DNA of 44,540 nucleotides from Cirrosporium novae-zelandiae (Eukaryota): NCBI GenBank assembly GCA_026023565.1, contig JAPETS010000062.1, positions 62,001 to 106,540 of the forward strand, read 5' to 3'. Shown piece by piece: positions 37,878 to 44,540 of this stretch (position 1 is its first letter; each line of letters starts with the position of its first letter). The notes under the pieces were generated by a model. It saw only the letters and a program-made list of their open reading frames with translations, ran no database searches and was not told where the DNA came from. The position numbers and the translations under genes were made by a program.

Positions 37878-38678
37878 TCAAAAGAGTTTCTTCGGTTTGC
37901 CTGGAGTGAGCCAGCAAATCTTATCCTTGATCCCCTCCTCCTCAAAGACCTGTGCGAGCTCCTTCCCAAACTGCGTGAAGTGACCCCACGACTCATAATG
38001 CATAGGGACCAGGACATCGGCCTTAATCTCACGGAACAGGCGCGCAGCCTGCTTGCCGTCCATGGTAACCTGAAGCGGGCCATCCGGCAATAGCACTTTA
38101 GCGGCGCCAAGGTTAAGCACGGCAACGACAACATGGAACTTGCTGCGGATCTGGACTAGCTCATTCATGTAAACAGTGTCACCGGAGAAGTAAATAGCAT
38201 TCGGCCGGCCGTCTGGGCTAATGCCAAACTCGTCGGTTGTAATAATGAAGCCCGTACACTCGCCACCAGGTAAATGCTGGCATGGCGTCGCCGTCACCAC
38301 GAACCGTTTCCCACCCACAGCAAGCGTGACTGTTTCCCATGGCCGCAGCCCCCGCACGCCAGGCCGTGGCGCTAGCTTCTTCGCACCATCCATCGTCGTT
38401 AGTACGTGCCGTCCGTCCAGGAGTTGCCGCCCTAGTTCATCTAGGTTATCCTGATGGTCTTCATGGCTTAATAGCACAGCATCAATAGGTGGGAGATCTT
38501 GTAGGCCGAGCGCTGGAGTGTCAGAGTTCTTTAGCACTGTGATGCCTACATCCCATTCTGTGCCGGCTGGGGAGAAGAAAGGATCCGTGAGGAGGTTAAC
38601 TCCATCGACTTCAAGGATGGCGGTCGCAGTACCAATGTGGGTGATGTTTAAGGTGCTTTTGAAATTAGATGGAGCCAT
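37878..38678 (-). CDS. Metallo-beta-lactamase-fold hydrolase (Fusarium MBL1/Fdb1-like lactamase family)
   Basis: Intronless 266 aa with HIGTAT, LTDP, SHEDHQDNLD (HxDHxD variant), PCQH, SGDT and PMHYE. The resemblance to benzoxazolinone lactamases is from recall. Confidence 0.85.
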   Translation of the reverse strand: MAPSNFKSTLNITHIGTATAILEVDGVNLLTDPFFSPAGTEWDVGITVLKNSDTPALGLQDLPPIDAVLLSHEDHQDNLDELGRQLLDGRHVLTTMDGAKKLAPRPGVRGLRPWETVTLAVGGKRFVVTATPCQHLPGGECTGFIITTDEFGISPDGRPNAIYFSGDTVYMNELVQIRSKFHVVVAVLNLGAAKVLLPDGPLQVTMDGKQAARLFREIKADVLVPMHYESWGHFTQFGKELAQVFEEEGIKDKICWLTPGKPKKLF

Positions 38679-39528
38679 TATTGAGAATATATTGCAGGAA
38701 CAAATAGGTTTACGATAGAAATAAATTTGAAAAGATGAGGAAAAGGATTTATATAGAGCTCATTCAATGTTTCGACATGCTACTGGAATTAGTTGGCACA
38801 TTCGCCGTCAGTTCAATTACCTCTAATACCGCTTATTAAGATAACCGCAATACGAGGCGCCTGCATCACACACTTGGTACGCCGTAATAATATGGCGCTC
38901 TTCAAAACAATATCCTTCTCAGCTCTGTGTCGACCAGGGAAACTGAAGACTAATCTGATAATAGTATTGATAACTTGTGGCACCTTTTTTACGTAACAAT
39001 CCAAAAATGACTGAATTTTACAAGAATTTTACAAATTAGTAAGCCGCCACTTGACTATTCTTTGATGACGGATCAGCTTATTTGATCAGTGATCTCGATC
39101 AGTGATCTCTTAATTGTCTTTTTTCCCCTTAACGCGAGGTACATTAGGCCCAGTAGAATACTCAGTGCGAACCTCGCTTACGTGTATTTTCAGTACTTTC
39201 CCCTCCTAGCTTAGTCTTGTTCATATTCTTCTTGTATATGGCTTCTAGAAAGGATAGATATATTCTTACATCGTTGCACAAAGTCACATGTGTGTGTACC
39301 TTGGAGGCCATCCACACTTAAAAGCACAGACCACATCGGCGAAACACAATCCATGAAGCCCCGACGCTACTGTTTTCACATTAAACACTCTTCTCATAAC
39401 CAAAACAATTATTGCCATCAATCCACAACCACTTTCATGCACTTCTACTTCACTGTGGGTAGCTATTTCTAACCCTTAAACCTCTAAACGTTTTCTACAC
39501 AGTTTACTTTCGAATTATCTGCTACCCA

Positions 39529-41015
39529 ATGGCCGGCTTTATTCACGCCAGTATTCGAGAGCGAATAGAGGCATGGATCGATGATCAGACCCCGGGCCTT
39601 GCTTCTGCAACCCCCACTGCCATGTTCCCCTCTACCGATGAACCGCACATGCTGTCTCCACCACCAAGTTTTTCTCCCTCAAACACCTATCGGAAGCGCA
39701 GAGTAGATACAGCAGTTATGCCGAATCCAAAGAAACGTCGTACGGAATATCCTTCAGAGAGTCTGTCTAGTTTAAATCTGGAGACAAGATCTGTACCTTC
39801 TTTTGCACCATCGACCATCACAACCCCTAGCCGCTCGTCAAGCCCTACTCGAACGGGAATCAATTTCAATTTTACCCGGCCCATGATCAAATGGGTTGCG
39901 CACGATAACCCGGACATCGAAATACCAAAGAATGTACGAGATATTCATGATTTTTTACGTCTACCTGTTTCAACCGCTATAGAACGAACATCTACAAATC
40001 TGGAATTTGGAAGAACCATCCGAGGACGAACAAGAGACTGCGTGGAACTTGATGCGGATGAAAATGCCTGGGTAAAAGTGGTAGAAGATATTTTGGCCCA
40101 CGCTTTCCAGAATTCCTTGACAGTAACTTCGGTGTATGTATTTCTCTGACATTTACTATCGTGTTACGCACCATGTTTACACTGACTAAACTACCCTACG
40201 AAATCAACGGCTTCCATGTGTTGGATGCTAAAGGCCGTCGAGCAATGAAATATTAAGATGGCCTATTTGTGAATGAGGGAAATAGTTGACAAAGTGGTCC
40301 GCTTTATTCAAATCCAAAATGAACAAAGTAGCTAACCTATGGGCTTCCAACAGGCAAACCCAATCCATATACACAGAATTCTTGCCCTTACAGCTGAAAG
40401 CACCACCTAACACATATACCCCATTGAGTCGCAAGACAGATATTGGTATTGCCTATCCACGTACAAGTGCTGCTACGGATTGGGTAAAAATAGAAGAAAA
40501 TCTGCAAACGCGGTCCATCCTTACTGACACCCGACCAAGCATGTTTATAGGAGATAGGAATCTACTGTGTAGTTGTATTAAAGTAAAGCAACACTCGGGC
40601 AATTGTAAAGAGGCGGAAGAACAACTAGGCGTTTGGGTCTCATCCTATGGAAAATGGATGCAGTCTTTTGCCGTCGATAGACCCATTGACACAATCCCAC
40701 CTGTCATTTGCTTGAGCGTGGTTGGAGATATATGGCGTTTCTATCTAGGGTTTTGGCGGAAAACATCTTGGGGTTCTGGTGAATTGATTAGGACTGATCT
40801 CGACCAATTGGTAATTCCAGTTCTTGGTATCTTTACACCTAATGGCCACTAACTTTGCGCAGTGTCTTTGGGGCCCTTTACCGGAACTAAATCAATCTAC
40901 CGAAAGCTTTGACTCGGTTCTTCGTTTGTTCGATCAACTTCGACGAATAATTCTTTATCTAACGGAGGATTTTAAAGAAAAATTATTAATGCAACTTGAC
41001 ATTAAAAAGACATAA
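39529..41015 (+). CDS. Fungal PD-(D/E)XK nuclease-like protein, copy 1 (Lys at the catalytic Glu position)
   Basis: Introns 40134-40353 and 40811-40862; RKTDIGIAY..CIKVKQ..AEEQLGVW..ICLSVVGDIWRFY; collinear with copy 2. Confidence 0.75.
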
Positions 41016-41039
41016 ATAATAGTTTATATGTACTTTGTA

Positions 41040-41420
41040 TGAAGCTCAAGTGGTGATGGGGCTTCAAGATTGCAAAAATCCTTACAGTAGAGTACTATTA
41101 GACCGAGGAACCCCAATGTCCCAACCTGGATGAACTAGGTTCCAAGAGTCACTCCAAGGGTATAAATTATATAAATCCTTTGAGCTAGAGCTTTTGCTAT
41201 AGCTTAAGCTAAGATTTAAACTCAAATTCTTTTATCTCTGCACTTACTTGAATCTAAACGTTTGGATCTTCTGAAGCTAAGATTAGCTGCATTTAGCTCC
41301 AGGTACGGCTCTATATGATTTTAGTACTCTACGTAATTTAGCCTATTCATTGTTCTAGCGGCTAACGGGAGGTTTAATTCTAGCAATGGCGATCTAAGGT
41401 CAAGTAAGATCAGAAACACT
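41040..41420. other. TpA-rich degenerate tract, RIP-like
   Basis: Visibly dense in TAG/CTA/TAA, with stops in all frames. No RIP index was computed. Confidence 0.35.
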
Positions 41421-41556
41421 TTTCCGATTCAACTTTTGGGTACGAAGCCGAACTGAGCTTTTAACCCTCTTATCGACCCACCTTCATTATTGACCAAGTG
41501 AATGCGACAAACGCTGACTTTTTCCATCTTACTCATTCTTGAAATAAGCTGTCGTT

Positions 41557-41820
41557 ATGGATGAAATGCACCAGGAACTCCTCCGTGAAAGAGAGTTGCG
41601 GAAGTATGTAGAGGGACCTCTAGGACATTTATAAGGCTAACGAGGCTCGCGGGGAAGCTGATGAAACCGTTAAGAAACTTAGTGATGATCTCAAAAAAGA
41701 TAATGAGGCTCGCAACGAAACCGAAAAGCAGACTACTAACAACATTCAACGACTACCTTACCTTTGCCCGTACCTTTCTTTCCAAACCTTTAACCATCGA
41801 ACCCGAAAAATCTCGTACTC
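41557..41820 (+). pseudogene. Probable relic of a Spok-family N-terminus (coiled coil + TT..YL segment)
   Basis: MDEMHQELLRERELRK /fs/ ANEARGEADETVKKLSDDLKKDNEARNETEKQT /fs/ LTTFNDYLTFARTFLSKPLTIEPEKSRT resembles the recalled pattern coiled coil-QTRxTT(L/F)xEYL..CH...PL.(I/V)E.DKS.T. Confidence 0.5.
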
Positions 41821-42528
41821 TGCGCCAAATGTTGATCTTCAGTTTGTGGTATTTTCGGGGTCGCTAACCACGAGCTCATCTAAGAAGTCAATATGCGTGG
41901 GCTTAGTTTCTAGAGAGAGCCTAAGTAGAGGCTCAGCAAGAACCTTCCTCGACCTCTTTAGTTCGTATGCAGATTTCACTATCTATCACGTAGTCAGTAC
42001 CTATTAGATGAACCTCAAGTTATTGTTACGGTTCATTTCATTTACACCTAGTCGGACGGCGCAATCTATCATGTAATCGTTTTGGGGAGATATCTATGCC
42101 CGTATACGTTGGCTGGTTTTTTTGGGGTCTGGTCGCTTTTGTCTCTATCCGTCGAAAGTATTTGGTCCCGTTAGCTTGATGCTATAGTAGCCTTAGATTC
42201 ATGAGCTTGTTCCACAGTATCCATTATCATTTCTACAACAAGTTTCAGCATAGATAATTAATAAAATATGTCAAAATAAAATTAGAACGGGGAGTAAGTA
42301 AAAATAATAATAGTGGATCTAAATCTTATTAGTTAACTTATAGAGTTGTGTGAAAAAATTATGTTTTTTGTGTCAAGGCACGGTGGGGGTGGTTCAGGGC
42401 CCAGATTCAGAAGTTTATTTCCTGGAGATTGTTTCTACAGCAACATCACCGTCCCACCATGACCAACTCTTCTTTCATTTTTATCCATCCCTTCCCTGAT
42501 AGATCCTGCATATGATGTTACTTTAGTC

Positions 42529-43972
42529 ATGGAGGCTAATACTCGAACGCGAATCAAGTCATGGGTTCAAAACCTAGAGCCTTTGTCAGCCCAGCCTCCA
42601 CAAGAGTTTACATTTGATGAGTCTCTTATTGCCAACGACCTTCACCCTATATCCCCTCTGAGTTTTTCTCCAACGAACAGTCCTCGGAAACACAAAGCCG
42701 AACTCGAGGCTATATCAATGCCATCAAGTCCTACAAAACGCCCACGACCTGATGATGGGGAGTCAATTCTTCCATCGGAGAGTGCCTCCTTAGTGTTACC
42801 ACCTCCTACCGAAATTATGTCTCAAAATCGTTCTTCAAGCCCAACTCGCACGAAAGTCAATTTCAATTTGACAACACCTATGGTCGAGATGATTTCACAG
42901 GATAGCTCGGACATTGATATACCTGAGGAAGTACTTAAGCTTCATGATGAGTTATTTTTGCCGAGTGATAGTCTTCCAACAAGATTCAAGGTGACTACGT
43001 GATCGCTTACTATAAAATAGTTTTAACTTACAATTTTAGAGTTATCTAAAAACGGCTTTTTCTAACGGGTACCTTTTTGACGAGCGGAATCAATATGATA
43101 AAGAATTATCAGCAGCCGAGGACTGGCAGCTCAGTGAAGAGATCCGAAACATGACACGAAGTTTTGTAGCAGGATCTACGGATGAAAATGCTTGGGTTAT
43201 GGCTACAGACAAAGTCTTGAATGCTGTGCTTCCTAAATCCTTGGAAGTAGTCTCAGTGTATGTAAAGACCTATTTTTGTTTGTATATGATCAATACAAGT
43301 AATAATTTTCTGGCTATTCTCAGGCAAACCCAAACCATACATGCGGACTATTTGCCTAAGAAGAGAATTGGCAACAATCTTGTTGCAGTAAACCGCAAAA
43401 CGGATTTGGGGATTGCCTACTCTCTAAGCAGACAAAACGAGGAGAATTTACAACTTCTTTCGGAGCAATCCAATACTCGATGGTCGAGTATGTTTGCGGC
43501 AGAAGATTCGTCCAAGCTTTTCTGCGCGTGCATAGAAATCAAACAACACTCGGGAGATCTAAAAGGGGCAGAAGAGCAACTAAAGGTTTGGGCTGCATCA
43601 TATGGGAAGTGGATGCAAGCTTTTGCTCACACTAAACCGATCGATGAGACACCGCCAATTATCTGTGCCAATGTAATTGGGGATGCGTGGCGTTTCTATC
43701 TTGGTTTCTGGCGTAAGACGGACTTTGGGACGGGCCGCCTTAAAAGGTCCAATCAAGACCAGTTGGTACGTTCGAAACCTTTTAATCAAGCGAAGCCGCA
43801 TTTTATTAATATTCAACAGTGCCTTTGGGGCCCCTTGCCTACATTGAACCAATCTACAGAAAGTTGTTATTCTATTCTACGCCTCTTTCAGCAACTTCGG
43901 AAAATAGGCTTCTACTGGGACAGGGTATTTAAAACCAAACTCCTAGAACAACTTGGACTAGCAGAATTATGA
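42529..43972 (+). CDS. Fungal PD-(D/E)XK nuclease-like protein, copy 2 (intact D..ExK)
   Basis: Introns 42991-43039, 43258-43323 and 43766-43819; disordered Ser/Pro N-terminus with NLS-like KRPR; RKTDLGIAY..CIEIKQ..AEEQLKVW..ICANVIGDAWRFY. Confidence 0.82.
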
Positions 43973-43985
43973 CTTTGTGGAGGCT

Positions 43986-44111
43986 TTAGCGTTTATGTTA
44001 CCGGCATCGTGTCCATTCGGAGGCACGACGGTTGTGGTCGTGCCGTTGATTGCATTACGACAGGATTTACGGCAGCGATGCCGGATATTAGGGATTTTAT
44101 ATCAGGAATAA
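43986..44111 (+). pseudogene. Fragment of RecQ-like telomere-linked helicase (end of motif I through motif Ia)
   Basis: Translates LAFMLPASCPFGGTTVVVVPLIALRQDLRQRCRILGILYQE*, the RecQ/TLH F.LPA...T(V/I)VV.PL.AL..D signature. Too short for the ORF track. Confidence 0.8.
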
Positions 44112-44269
44112 AAGTGTAACGGTATGCCAAGCATGTGCGCTTCGTAGGCGCATAGGCGAGGCTTATTCTATAGGGAAAAAAAGTGACTGCGCAGGTCACC
44201 CGACCAGGCGCTAAGCTCGGCCGACCACAGAAATTTTTACGCTAACGAAAATTAGCCGCACCCAGCACC

Positions 44270-44411
44270 AACTACTATATATACAAATTTTAATGTTCTT
44301 CACACCTAATTTTTAAATTATATTACAATATCCGTAATAATTGATCAATTAATAATTAATTAATAATCTATTTCTAATCGATTATATATAATTAAAATTT
44401 ATTTTTACGTT
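44270..44411. other. Very AT-rich telomere-adjacent tract
   Basis: Nearly pure A/T with TAAT/ATTA iterations, directly before the telomere. Confidence 0.7.
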
Positions 44412-44540
44412 TTTGGGTTAGGGTTAGGGTTAGGGTTAGGGTTAGGGTTAGGGTTAGGGTTAGGGTTAGGGTTAGGGTTAGGGTTAGGGTTAGGGTTAGG
44501 GTTAGGGTTAGGGTTAGGGTTAGGGTTAGGGTTAGGGTTA
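44412..44540 (+). repeat. Telomere, (TTAGGG)n
   Basis: One TTTGGG variant, then 20 perfect TTAGGG units plus TTA (44418-44540) running to the window end. Confidence 0.99.

Noticed and set aside
39084..39109. GATCAGTGATCTC x2; likewise TATAGGTGGTTG x2 near 28925
   Set aside because: Simple local duplications with no recurrence elsewhere.
44114..44270. TGTAAC-starting GC-rich segment that might be an LTR or transposon end
   Set aside because: No second copy, target-site duplication or transposase in the window.

Overview
Terminal 44.5 kb of a filamentous ascomycete chromosome arm: GT-AG introns with CTAAC-type branch points, ending in about 20 TTAGGG telomere repeats. In order along the window: (1) a LaeA/TAM-like SAM methyltransferase; (2) a small Cys-rich secreted/anchored protein; (3) a 1035-aa secreted Ser/Thr-rich protein whose C-terminal 226 aa follow KR (Kex2-type) sites and match the CD38/ADP-ribosyl cyclase NADase catalytic motif; (4) a convergent GC-rich orphan gene with five ACAAT-N3-ATTGT palindromes in its promoter; (5) an NAD-dependent epimerase; (6) a candidate sulfate-ester catabolic cluster (SDR, sugar porter, arylsulfatase, dual-Zn2Cys6 regulator, shared CCGACATCCG elements, one perfect CYS-3-type site). 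The decaying subtelomere holds a large CorA-TM pseudogene, an MDR reductase, a metallo-beta-lactamase, two paralogous PD-(D/E)XK nuclease-like genes plus a third 5' stub, a Spok-family N-terminal relic and a RecQ telomere-linked helicase fragment. A Spok-family nuclease relic lies further in, at about 17.8 kb. Family calls come from motif recognition and recall only; no database searches were run.
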